A stretch of DNA of 64,000 bases from Planctomycetota bacterium. Its GTDB lineage: Bacteria > Planctomycetota > MHYJ01 > WSZJ01. Below, in pieces: positions 48,418 to 57,389 of this stretch (the stretch's first letter is position 1; each line of letters starts with the position of its first letter). A program made the translations under genes and the position numbers. The stretch spans positions 96,001-160,000 of the forward strand of contig JBBTCT010000002.1 of the NCBI GenBank assembly GCA_038060895.1, read 5' to 3'. The notes beneath the pieces were generated by a model. It saw only the letters and a program-made list of their open reading frames with translations. It made no database searches and had not been told where the DNA came from.

Positions 48418-49626
48418 ATGACACGCCCCCGCATCCTGGTCACCGGAGTAGGACTGATCACGGCCCTCGGCCCCGACGCCGAGGCCTGCTGGTCCGCCAT
48501 CGTGCGGGGCAAGTGCGGGATCGGCCCGGTCGATCTCTTTGACGTCTCGCCGTACGTGGGGAAAGTCGGCGCGCAGATCCGGTTCCCGCTTCCCTTGCCC
48601 AGGCTCTCCCGGGCGGACCAGCGGCGCCTGTCGCGCTGCGACCTGATCGGGCTGGCGGCGGCGGAGGAAGCGCTGAATGACGCCGGCAACCCGGTGCGCG
48701 ACGACCGCTTCGGCCTTGCCGTCGGCGCTGGTGCGGGCGGGATGTTCGACGCGGAGCGGTACCACGAGCGGTTCGTGAAGGACGGGCCCGGGACGCGCGC
48801 GCCGCTTCGCGACCTCTCGTCGTTCCTGCCGGACGCGACTGCGGAGTGGATCGGTCGGGCGTTCGGACTGGCGGGGCCGAGGGTCACGGTGGCGACGGCG
48901 TGCTCTTCGAGCGCGACGGCGATCGGAATCGGGGCGGACTGGATCCGGAGCGGAAGAGCGGACCGGGTGCTGTGCGGCGGCGCGGACGCGCTGTCGCGCG
49001 TGACGTGGGGCGGGTTCAATGCGCTGCGCGCGGTGGACCCGGGGCGGTGCCGGCCGTTCGACAGGGCGCGCGGCGGGATTTCGCTGGGCGAGGGCGCCGG
49101 GTTCCTCGTGCTCGAGCGCGAGGATCTCGTGAGAACGAAGCCGCGCGCGGTGTTCGGCGGATACGGCGTCACTTCGGACGCCTTCCACATGACCAACCCG
49201 CACCCCGAGGGCGCGAGCGCTTCCGCCGCGATCCGCGCGGCGCTTGCCGATGCGGGGATCGCCCCGGGCGACGTCGATTACGTGAACGCCCACGGGACCG
49301 GCACGCCCGCCAACGACACCGCGGAGTCGAAGGCGATCCGCGCGGCGCTGGGCGAAGCGACGCGCGCGTGCGTCTCCTCGACGAAGTCGCAGGTCGGCCA
49401 CACGCTCGGCGCCGCGGGCGGCGTCGAGGCCGCCGTCACCGTGCTCGCCGTCGAGCGCGGCGTCGCGCCCCCCAACGTCACCACGTCCGAAATCGATCCC
49501 GCCTGCCTCCCCGTCGACGTCGTCCTCGGCGAAGGACGCCCGCTGGCCATCCGCCACGCCGTCTCGAACTCGTTCGCGTTCGGCGGGAACAATTGCGCGC
49601 TCGTCTTCTCGAAGGTGGCGCCATGA
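48418..49626 (+). CDS. Beta-ketoacyl-ACP synthase (FabF-like KS)
   Basis: TACSSS catalytic Cys, NAHGTGT, GHTLGAAG, NSFAFGG. Confidence 0.92.
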   Translation: MTRPRILVTGVGLITALGPDAEACWSAIVRGKCGIGPVDLFDVSPYVGKVGAQIRFPLPLPRLSRADQRRLSRCDLIGLAAAEEALNDAGNPVRDDRFGLAVGAGAGGMFDAERYHERFVKDGPGTRAPLRDLSSFLPDATAEWIGRAFGLAGPRVTVATACSSSATAIGIGADWIRSGRADRVLCGGADALSRVTWGGFNALRAVDPGRCRPFDRARGGISLGEGAGFLVLEREDLVRTKPRAVFGGYGVTSDAFHMTNPHPEGASASAAIRAALADAGIAPGDVDYVNAHGTGTPANDTAESKAIRAALGEATRACVSSTKSQVGHTLGAAGGVEAAVTVLAVERGVAPPNVTTSEIDPACLPVDVVLGEGRPLAIRHAVSNSFAFGGNNCALVFSKVAP

Positions 49627-50792
49627 CGCGCATCGTCGCGACCGGCGCCGGCGTCCTCGCTTCCCCAGGAGTCGGGCGCGAGGAATTCTGGAGAGGAATC
49701 CTCGCAGGCGGGCGCGGGCCTTCGAAGGTCGCAGGATGGACGCTTCGACCCGGTGCGCCGGAGCTCGTGTTCCAGGTGCCGGAATTCGACACGAAGACGT
49801 GGATCGCGCCGGCGGCGATCCGGCGGCTGGACCGCACGGGGATTTTCGCGATCGTCGCGGCAAAGCTCGCGCTCGCCGATGCGCGGCTCGACCTGCCGCT
49901 TCACAGGGTCGCGATCGTCGTCGGGGCGGGAGGCTGCGGCGTCACGACGACGACCGGCTTTCACCGGCGCCTTGTCGAGACCGCGGGCACCGACCCGAAT
50001 CCGATGGCGTTCCCGAACACGGTTCCCAACGCCGCCGCCGGCCAGCTGGCCATCGCGACCGGGATCACCGGCTTCAACACGACGCTCGTCCAGACGGGAG
50101 CTTCGGGCGAAGAGGCCCTCGTGCTGGCCGCCGATCTCCTCGCGCAGGGGCGCTGCGACGCGGCGGTCGCGGGCGGCATCGACGAACTTTCCTCGATGAT
50201 GCACCACGCGCTTCACCGCCTCGGCGGACTTTCGCGCACCGCCTGCCGTCCGTTCGACCGCGCGGCCGACGGGACGATGCTTGCCGAGGACGCGGGGCTC
50301 ATCGTGCTGGAGCGGCTCGGGGACGCGAAGAAGCGCGGCGCGCGCGCGCTGGCCGAGCTTGCCGGCTACGGGCGCGCCAGCTCGCCCGCCCGCCCGCTCG
50401 CGTACGGTCCCGCGGCCGCCGCTGCCTCAGCCATCGAATCCGCGCTCGCACGCGCCGGTGTCGCGGCTTCCGACGTCGCCTGGGTCAATTCCGCCGCGAA
50501 CGGCGTCTCCGACGCGCGATGCGCGGCGGCGATCCGCGCCGCGTTGCCGCGTGCCGCGGTCTCCTCGGTCGCCGGAAGCTGCGGCGAGGGACTCGCCATC
50601 GGCGGCGTCCGGGCGGCCGCTTCGGTGTGCGCCGTCGCGGAAGCGACGATCCCGCCGGTTGCAAATCTGCGCGAGCCGGCGTTTGAACTCGACTTAGTTC
50701 GCGAAGCCCGCCCGCTGAAAGGCGCCGTCGTGCAGCACGGCGCCGGGACCGGCGGCGTGGATCTTGCGATTGTCTGGAGGAGCCATGCCTGA
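49623..50792 (+). CDS. Ketosynthase-like chain length factor (catalytically degenerate)
   Basis: FPNTVPNAAAG; QTGASG replaces TACSS; NSAANG replaces NAHGTG; ATGA-coupled to the KS. Confidence 0.8.
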   Translation: MTRIVATGAGVLASPGVGREEFWRGILAGGRGPSKVAGWTLRPGAPELVFQVPEFDTKTWIAPAAIRRLDRTGIFAIVAAKLALADARLDLPLHRVAIVVGAGGCGVTTTTGFHRRLVETAGTDPNPMAFPNTVPNAAAGQLAIATGITGFNTTLVQTGASGEEALVLAADLLAQGRCDAAVAGGIDELSSMMHHALHRLGGLSRTACRPFDRAADGTMLAEDAGLIVLERLGDAKKRGARALAELAGYGRASSPARPLAYGPAAAAASAIESALARAGVAASDVAWVNSAANGVSDARCAAAIRAALPRAAVSSVAGSCGEGLAIGGVRAAASVCAVAEATIPPVANLREPAFELDLVREARPLKGAVVQHGAGTGGVDLAIVWRSHA

Positions 50793-51222
50793 AGCGAATC
50801 CGCACGTCACGGAAGTCCTGGTCAGGCTCTCGGAAACCGACGAGTTCGGCGTGGTCTGGCACGGGAATTACGCGCTGTACTTCGAGGTCGCGCGGACCGA
50901 GATGGCCCGCGCGTTCGGGCTCACTTCCAGGGAATTGAAAGCGCTCGGTTTTTTCCCCCCCGTCATCGAGCTCGCCGTCCAGTGCCGCCTCCCCGCGCGC
51001 AACGACGACGTTCTCCTCGTCGCCTGCACGGTCGATGTGCTCGAAACCGCTTCCATCACCGTCCGCTACCGCGTGACGCGCAAGGCCGACGGCGCGCTCA
51101 TCGCGACCGGTCACACGCGGCAGGCGGTCGTGAACGACAAGGGATTCCTGATGTACGAGCTCCCGGAAGCGCTCGCGTCGAGGGTCCGGGCGCTCGCCGA
51201 GGCGCACTCGACCGGGAAGTAA
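50785..51222 (+). CDS. Hotdog-fold acyl-CoA/ACP thioesterase (YbgC/4HBT family)
   Basis: ETDEFGVVWHGNYALYFEVAR; GGAGG RBS. Confidence 0.9.
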   Translation: MPEANPHVTEVLVRLSETDEFGVVWHGNYALYFEVARTEMARAFGLTSRELKALGFFPPVIELAVQCRLPARNDDVLLVACTVDVLETASITVRYRVTRKADGALIATGHTRQAVVNDKGFLMYELPEALASRVRALAEAHSTGK

Positions 51223-51969
51223 CTACCTCAGCAGAGCCGCGATGACGTCGCGCGCCAGCCTCGGGTCGCCGGCGCAGCGGCGGTGGATGAAGAATCCCTT
51301 CGGCCGCGAGTAGGCGAAGTGCTCGGACCCGACGGCTTGCGCGGATTCGCGCGGGACGACGACGTCGCCCTCGGCCCAGTAGTTCGTGATGGGCATCGAC
51401 GTGGTCGAAGGGTCGCCGGCGAGCGACGCGAGGAAGTCGCTCGCGGGGCGGCAATCGGCGGCCTGGAGCGGGTAGGGAACGATCGGCCAGAATTTGCCCC
51501 AGGGCGAGCCGATGTGCGGCGTGGCGATCGCGAAAAGGCGCGCGATGCGGAGACGCCGTTCGCCGTGCGACGCCCGCGCGGCCTCGCGCGCGACGAGCCC
51601 GCCGGCGGAGTGCGCGACGACGTCAACCTCGCCAAGAAGCTCGCCGGCCGCGAGAACTTTTTCCACGGCCGCCGCCAGCCCTCCCGGGCCGCGCAGGTCG
51701 AGGCAGACGATTTCGCGCTCGCAGCCGCACGTCGAAGATTCGAGGAAGTCGCGGAAGCGCTTCCAGTTCGAGGGCGGCTCCATCCAGCCGGTCAGGAGGA
51801 GGACGGGGCGGCGAAGCGGTTTGGGCGCCTCCGCCATCGATTTCAGGTCCAGCTCCGCTTCGCGCTGCTCTGCGGCGACCTCTCGCGACCGCTTCTTTTC
51901 TGCGGCCGTGCATCCCGAGAGGAAGATCCCCCAGGCGAGGACCAGGACCGCCAGCGTGGCGCGCTTCAT
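51223..51969 (-). CDS. Lipoprotein lipase-like alpha/beta hydrolase
   Basis: Lipobox LSGC; VAHSAGG; IATPHIGS; DVVVP. Confidence 0.85.
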   Translation of the reverse strand: MKRATLAVLVLAWGIFLSGCTAAEKKRSREVAAEQREAELDLKSMAEAPKPLRRPVLLLTGWMEPPSNWKRFRDFLESSTCGCEREIVCLDLRGPGGLAAAVEKVLAAGELLGEVDVVAHSAGGLVAREAARASHGERRLRIARLFAIATPHIGSPWGKFWPIVPYPLQAADCRPASDFLASLAGDPSTTSMPITNYWAEGDVVVPRESAQAVGSEHFAYSRPKGFFIHRRCAGDPRLARDVIAALLR

Positions 51970-52670
51970 TTCCCCTCGAGTTTGACTTCCTCAAGCTTCA
52001 CGTCGGCGGGGACCTTGTAGAGCGTCTCGTCCACGCCCTTGTTCATTTCGAATCCCGACATGCGGATGTCGATCGTGTCGCCGGTGACCTCGAGGACGAA
52101 GATGCGCGACACGACCCACTCCTTTGGATCGACCTCGATCCGCAGTTCCTTGATGAATTTCTTCAGCCGTTCGGAAGTCGGCGTCAGCTTCAGTTCCCAG
52201 CCCTTGCCCTCGGCCGGCTTGCCGGCCAGTTCCACGCCGAAGGACTTCTTCATCCCCGACAGCGAGCTCCCGATGGCCAGGAACTCCTGGACCTCGAACT
52301 TCCCCTTACCAAGGTCTGTCCACTCGCCCGCCTTTTCGTCGAGGCTGTACGAAATCAACTTGCTCTCGTCGCCCAGGATCAGCATCCGTTGCGGCGCGCT
52401 CTTTTCGCCGGTGTCCGGGTCCGATTCCCAGGACTCCCAGCAGATCCGCGTCCCCTTCTCCGCCTTCTTCACCGAGATGTTGCCCTTCACCACGATCGGC
52501 CGCTTGAGGACCTTCATCGTCTTTTCCTGCTTGAACGCCGCCTTGAGGTCCTTGAGCGTTTCGGCTTTCGCATCGACGTTTTTGAAGACGCTGTCGAGGT
52601 CGGCGGCGTCGTCGGCGCGCGCGGGGAGCAAGAGGGCGAGAAGGGCGGCGGCGGCGAGGAGGTTTCTCAT
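51966..52670 (-). CDS. LolA-family outer-membrane lipoprotein carrier-like protein
   Basis: Signal peptide; LKAAFKQEK, LKLTP, GDTIDI..N..VDETLY. Confidence 0.8.
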   Translation of the reverse strand: MRNLLAAAALLALLLPARADDAADLDSVFKNVDAKAETLKDLKAAFKQEKTMKVLKRPIVVKGNISVKKAEKGTRICWESWESDPDTGEKSAPQRMLILGDESKLISYSLDEKAGEWTDLGKGKFEVQEFLAIGSSLSGMKKSFGVELAGKPAEGKGWELKLTPTSERLKKFIKELRIEVDPKEWVVSRIFVLEVTGDTIDIRMSGFEMNKGVDETLYKVPADVKLEEVKLEGK

Positions 52671-52739
52671 GGTGAGATCCTAACAAAGGGGGAGAGGAGG
52701 CTCTTCCCGGGAAGTTTGGGATCTGCGGGCTTGCAGGGA

Positions 52740-52849
52740 CAAACGAAAGGAAAAACAAAAAACGAAAAAGGAAAAACGAAAAGGGAAAGGACCACGCGAA
52801 GCGGGGGTTTTCATTTTTTGTTTTTCCTTTTTCGGTTTTCGTTTCGTTG
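52740..52849. repeat. A-rich/T-rich inverted repeat of ~7-nt units
   Basis: aaacgaaaggaaaaacaaaaaacgaaaaaggaaaaacgaaaa ... ttttcattttttgtttttcctttttcggttttcgtttcgtt between divergent genes. Confidence 0.75.
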
Positions 52850-52911
52850 TAGCCCTTTTTCCCGGCGCCGCCCCATAGAATGCCGTCAACGCTGCTTTGA
52901 AGAACAAACCA

Positions 52912-53640
52912 ATGCTGAAACTGATGTGGGGAGCCTGCCTCCTCCTCGTCGCGGTCGTCGTGGTCGCGATCGTGTGGCCGGCAACCACGGGCGCTCCTCC
53001 CGGCGCGTGGGGCTCCCTGACGTCGGGCTCCCCCGCCGCCGGTTCCCCCAACCTCATCCCGAACGGCGGCTTCGAGGGCGAACGCCTCGCCGGCTGGGCC
53101 CACCGCCCGCACGTCCATGTCCTTCCCTCCCGCCTCCCCGACCGCACGATGGACACCGAACTCCCCGAAGGCCGCATCGACCCGAGGGGCGGCCGCACCG
53201 GCGGCGCGTTCCGCTTCGCCGACCAGCGCGCCAAACGCGCCGACGTCGCCGCTTCATGGTCGCGGCCGATCACTCACTGCGACTGGTTCTTCGACGGCTA
53301 CGCCCGCGCCGCCGCAAAATCCGGCAAAGGCTGGGTCGGCATCGAGTTCGTGTTCGAGGGCGAAAAGGGCGAGCCGATCGCCTCGTACTTGTCCTGGCGC
53401 GGCCTGAACGGCGGGCGGCCGGAAGAGCGGCCCGGGCGGCTTCTGCTCGAGATGGCGCCGGCCGACGGAGGCTGGGGACGCGTCCCTGTCCGCACTTCTC
53501 ACGACGTCCAGGCCAACGGCCTGGCGATGCCCGCGAAACCGTCCTTCCTCACCGTGAACCTCTGGCTCTCCCTCGAGGACGCCCAGGCCGACGCCTGGTT
53601 CGACGACGTCGACCTGCGAGACATGGGGACGGGGCGATGA
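52912..53640 (+). CDS. Membrane-anchored protein with CBM-like jelly-roll domain
   Basis: N-terminal TM; NLIPNGGFE..GW; AWFDDVDL. Confidence 0.7.
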   Translation: MLKLMWGACLLLVAVVVVAIVWPATTGAPPGAWGSLTSGSPAAGSPNLIPNGGFEGERLAGWAHRPHVHVLPSRLPDRTMDTELPEGRIDPRGGRTGGAFRFADQRAKRADVAASWSRPITHCDWFFDGYARAAAKSGKGWVGIEFVFEGEKGEPIASYLSWRGLNGGRPEERPGRLLLEMAPADGGWGRVPVRTSHDVQANGLAMPAKPSFLTVNLWLSLEDAQADAWFDDVDLRDMGTGR

Positions 53641-54326
53641 AGCGACTCCTCGCGGCCACGCTGGCGCTTCTGGCGGGCTGCACCGCGGGCCCGGAGGCGC
53701 CGAAGCCCGCCGCCGACCGTTACCGCGAGGCCTGGACCGGTTTCGACATCGAGGCCGAGGCGATGCTTCGGGCCGCCGGGCGCAACCGCCTCAAGGTCGA
53801 AGCCTGCGCCGGCCGCGCACGCGCCGCCATCGACGACATGAAGTCGCTTCTCGACGCCGAACCCGCCGCGCGCCTCGCCGCGATCGGCGACCGCTTCACG
53901 GCGCTCTCCCGCACCATCGCCGCCGACAACGCCCTCTCCTCCGGTCAGGAACGCGCCGTCGGCTCCGTCCGCGACGAGATCGCGCGCGACTACTCCCCCG
54001 AAAAGGTCGCCGTCGTCGCGCGCGAACCCGAGCCGCCGCTTCCCGCCCCGCCCGGCGCGATGAAGCTCTGGGAAGCAGCGCATGCGCGCTTCGAGGACCA
54101 CGCGCGAGGGAACGAAAGCGCACGGGTTGTGCAGGATTATTCGGAAGTGCGCGTCGCGATGGAGGGGATGGTGAAGACCGACGACGACCGTCTGCGCGTG
54201 GAGAGATTCCTGAGGGAGTACGAGCGAGTGGCGGATGTCGTGCAGGCCGGAAAGGGAACGGAACAGGATTTGAAGGGGTTGTCCGTACTCGCCGCCGATA
54301 TCCGTGCGGCCTTCGGAGAAAAGTGA
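53637..54326 (+). CDS. Lipoprotein, hypothetical
   Basis: MKRLLAATLALLAGC lipobox; ATGA coupling. Confidence 0.75.
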   Translation: MKRLLAATLALLAGCTAGPEAPKPAADRYREAWTGFDIEAEAMLRAAGRNRLKVEACAGRARAAIDDMKSLLDAEPAARLAAIGDRFTALSRTIAADNALSSGQERAVGSVRDEIARDYSPEKVAVVAREPEPPLPAPPGAMKLWEAAHARFEDHARGNESARVVQDYSEVRVAMEGMVKTDDDRLRVERFLREYERVADVVQAGKGTEQDLKGLSVLAADIRAAFGEK

Positions 54327-54847
54327 TGAGCGTTTACGACAAGAGCCAGTCGCAGAAGAACGGGTTTGAGCGTCTTCTCGCGAAAATCCCCGGCTTCAAG
54401 GGCTACCTCAGCAAGGAGTGCCGGCGCGAGAGCGACAAGATCGAGCGCGACCTGGTCGCGAAGGCGTTCGACGACGCGCGCGAGCCGCTCCGGCGCACGG
54501 TGCAGAAGGTCGCCGACACCGGCAGCTTCGACTCACTCCGCTGCATTTCCGGGATGGACCCGCTCGAAAAGCTCATCGAAAAAGTCGGCAACCGCATCCG
54601 CTTCGCCGACTACGGCTACTCCGGTTTCTTCGACACGATCAAGGTCGACGACGCCGCGCTCGAGAGGATGTACCAGTTTGACCTGGGGCTGTACGAGAAG
54701 GCGGAGCAGCTGTCGAAGCGGACGCGCGAGCTGCCGGGCCTTGCCGGCGACGCGGACTCGCTGAAGTCGGAGATCGAAATGCTGACGCAATTGATCCGCG
54801 AGATCGACAAGGAGTTCGACCAGCGGGAGAAGGTGCTTCTGACGTAA
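54326..54847 (+). CDS. Helical hypothetical protein upstream of the SPFH gene
   Basis: KIPGFKGY..RRESDKIER..ADYGYSGFFD..YQFD. Confidence 0.8.
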   Translation: MSVYDKSQSQKNGFERLLAKIPGFKGYLSKECRRESDKIERDLVAKAFDDAREPLRRTVQKVADTGSFDSLRCISGMDPLEKLIEKVGNRIRFADYGYSGFFDTIKVDDAALERMYQFDLGLYEKAEQLSKRTRELPGLAGDADSLKSEIEMLTQLIREIDKEFDQREKVLLT

Positions 54848-54917
54848 TATTCCCCCGGCCCGTCGCCGCGCGGACATTCAAACTTCAACCCGTCCCGTTC
54901 AGAAAAGGCACACCGAA

Positions 54918-56006
54918 ATGGCCATCCTCGACGTCATCCAGTACCTCGACGAGTCCGGCCAGAACCTGGCGACCCGCATCGGCCCCTCGACCGTGAACAT
55001 GGGCTCGCAGCTCATCGTGCGCGAAACGCAGGCCGCGATCTTCTACCGCGACGGCAAGGCCTACGACACGTTCGGCGCCGGCCGCTACACGCTCACCACG
55101 CAGAACATCCCCCTTCTCGGCGCCGTCATGCGCATTCCCTTCGGCGGCGAGACCCCGTTTCCCGTCGAAGTCATCTTCCTCAACATGCGGGACATGCTCG
55201 ACCTCAAGTGGGGCACGAAGGAGCCGGTGACGTTCCGCGACGCGGAGTTCGGCGAGATCGACCTCAGGGCGTTCGGAAAATTCAGCCTGAAGATCCGCGA
55301 CCCGAAGCTCCTCGTGGGGACGATCGTCGGGCAGAAGTCGGTCTACCGCGTGGGCGAGCTCGAGGAATGGATGCGCGACATCATCGTGCAGCAGTTCCTG
55401 GACGCGCTCGGCGAGAAGATGACCTCCATGCTCGACCTCGCGAAAAACTACAACGAGATCGCACAGCTCATCAAGTCGAAGGTCTCGACCGACTTCGAGC
55501 GCTACGGAGTCGAGATCACTGCGTTCGTGCTCGGGGCGATCACGCCGCCGCCGGACGTGCAGGAAGCGATCCGGACGCGGCAGAAGCTGGGAATCCTGGG
55601 CCCGAAGATGGGGTTGCTCCAGCAGAAAGCGGCGGCGGACGCGATGGTCGAGGCCGCCAAGAATCCCGGAGGCGTCGCCGGTGCGGGCATCGGGCTCGGC
55701 GTCGGCATGATGATGCCGCAGATGATGGCCGCGGGGATGCAGCCGATGCACCAGCAGCAACAGGCCGCCGCGGCCACGGAGCCATGCCCGAAATGCAAGG
55801 CGCCGTACGCGAAGGGCGCAAAGTTCTGCGCGAGCTGCGGCGCGCCGACAGCAACGCTCTGCATCGCCTGCAAGGAGCCTCTCCCCTCCCCCGCCGCGAA
55901 ATTCTGCGCGGCCTGCGGGAAGCCGCAGACGGCCAGCTGTCCCAAGTGCAACGCGGTCCTGGCCGCGGGAGCCAAGTTCTGCGCGGGGTGCGGAAGTCCC
56001 GCTTAG
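54918..56006 (+). CDS. SPFH-domain (YdjI-like) protein with C-terminal zinc ribbons
   Basis: GSQLIVRETQAAIF..GRYTLTTQNIP..KWGTKEP; three CxxC..AKFCxxCG repeats. Confidence 0.9.
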   Translation: MAILDVIQYLDESGQNLATRIGPSTVNMGSQLIVRETQAAIFYRDGKAYDTFGAGRYTLTTQNIPLLGAVMRIPFGGETPFPVEVIFLNMRDMLDLKWGTKEPVTFRDAEFGEIDLRAFGKFSLKIRDPKLLVGTIVGQKSVYRVGELEEWMRDIIVQQFLDALGEKMTSMLDLAKNYNEIAQLIKSKVSTDFERYGVEITAFVLGAITPPPDVQEAIRTRQKLGILGPKMGLLQQKAAADAMVEAAKNPGGVAGAGIGLGVGMMMPQMMAAGMQPMHQQQQAAAATEPCPKCKAPYAKGAKFCASCGAPTATLCIACKEPLPSPAAKFCAACGKPQTASCPKCNAVLAAGAKFCAGCGSPA

Positions 56007-56026
56007 GCGAGAGGCTGTACCTGCTT

Positions 56027-56070
56027 CAAAAAGGAAAAGGCCCCGGCATTCACCGGGGCCTTTGCTTTTC
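56027..56070. terminator. Bidirectional intrinsic terminator
   Basis: aaaaaggaaaaggccccgg-cattca-ccggggcctttgctttt between convergent genes. Confidence 0.8.
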
Positions 56071-56085
56071 TCCCGCTGCTCGCAC

Positions 56086-56568
56086 CTATCGCTTCTTCTT
56101 GCCCTTCTTCTTAGCCGGCTTCGCCTTCGAGGACTTCTTCTTCTTCGAACCGCGCGATCCGCGGCCTGAGGGCACGATCCCCAGCCCCTCACGCGCCACC
56201 ACCGACAGCACGTCGCGCACGCTCACCATCCCCATCAGCTTCTCGCCGTCAATCACAGGAAGGTGACGGAAGTTCCCGACGTGCATCTTTTCGCAGAGCG
56301 AAGCGAAGCTCTCGTCCGGCGGCACGCTGATCAGCTTCCCCGTCATTGCCTGGTCCACCGTCGCGCCGCGCGGGTCAAGCCCTGTCGCAACCACCCGCTT
56401 CAGCAGATCGCGTTCGCTGAAAATTCCCACCGGGCGCCCCTGCTCCGTGATCACCAGCGCTCCGATGTTGTGGAGGTGCATCTCCTTCACGGCGTCGAGA
56501 AGCGGAGTTCCTCGCTGAACGCTCTTCACGTTTCTCGACATGATGTCCGCCACCGATCTCGGCACCAT
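56086..56568 (-). CDS. CBS-domain protein with basic tail
   Basis: VADIM, GIFSERD, RHLPV, GMVSVRD. Confidence 0.9.
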   Translation of the reverse strand: MVPRSVADIMSRNVKSVQRGTPLLDAVKEMHLHNIGALVITEQGRPVGIFSERDLLKRVVATGLDPRGATVDQAMTGKLISVPPDESFASLCEKMHVGNFRHLPVIDGEKLMGMVSVRDVLSVVAREGLGIVPSGRGSRGSKKKKSSKAKPAKKKGKKKR

Positions 56569-56639
56569 CAGACCACCCCCGCGTGTGTTGTCGTCATTGG
56601 GATCCGCCTTCGCTCCTTCGGAGCTGCGGCGGGCTGTCG

Positions 56640-57362
56640 CTAACGGCCGTAACGCAACCGCTCGGCCAGGATTTCCGGAAGTCCTGCCTTCACAATTTTC
56701 CCGGCCGCCTTCTCGATATCGTACGGGATCCGGAAAATTTCCATCGCCCGCGTCGCTTCGTCATAAACCGCGTAGGCCGCGTCCGGGTTCTCGTCGCGCG
56801 GCTGCCCGACGCTTCCTACGTTCACAATCGTCTTCGCATTCGGATCGACGTTGATCTTCGGTTCCATCGTGAACGACACCGACCGCTTCTGGATGAACGT
56901 CACCGGCACGTGCGAGTGGCCCAGGAAACAGATGTGCGTCGTCATCTGCTCGAAGGACAGGTGCGCGTCGTAGGACGTCTGGATGTACTCGAAAAGCTCC
57001 GGCGAATGCAGCGTCGCGTGGACCAGCGTGCAGTCGTCGATCAGTTCCACCAGCGGCAGACTCGCCAGCCACGCCTTCTCCTCTTTCGTCAGCATCCGCC
57101 GCGTCCAGAGAGCCGCTTCCCGCGCGTAGCTGTTGAAGAAGTCCACGTTGATCTTGTCGATCGTCGCGAAATCGTGGTTCCCGGCGACCGTGGTGGCGCC
57201 GATCTCGCGGATCTTCGCGATGCAGGAGGACGGATCGGCGCCATACCCGACGACATCGCCAACGCACATCAGCTTGTCGGGTTTGTGCTTCTCCATCGCG
57301 GCGAGGACCGCTTCAAGCGCCTCGAGATTGCCGTGGATGTCGCCAAGGATGCCGTATTTCAT
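56640..57362 (-). CDS. Calcineurin-like metallophosphoesterase
   Basis: DIHGN, GDVVGYG, GNHD, GHSH, NVGSVGQPRD. Confidence 0.92.
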   Translation of the reverse strand: MKYGILGDIHGNLEALEAVLAAMEKHKPDKLMCVGDVVGYGADPSSCIAKIREIGATTVAGNHDFATIDKINVDFFNSYAREAALWTRRMLTKEEKAWLASLPLVELIDDCTLVHATLHSPELFEYIQTSYDAHLSFEQMTTHICFLGHSHVPVTFIQKRSVSFTMEPKINVDPNAKTIVNVGSVGQPRDENPDAAYAVYDEATRAMEIFRIPYDIEKAAGKIVKAGLPEILAERLRYGR

Positions 57363-57389
57363 CGGTGCTGTGTTTCCCCACCCCGCCGG

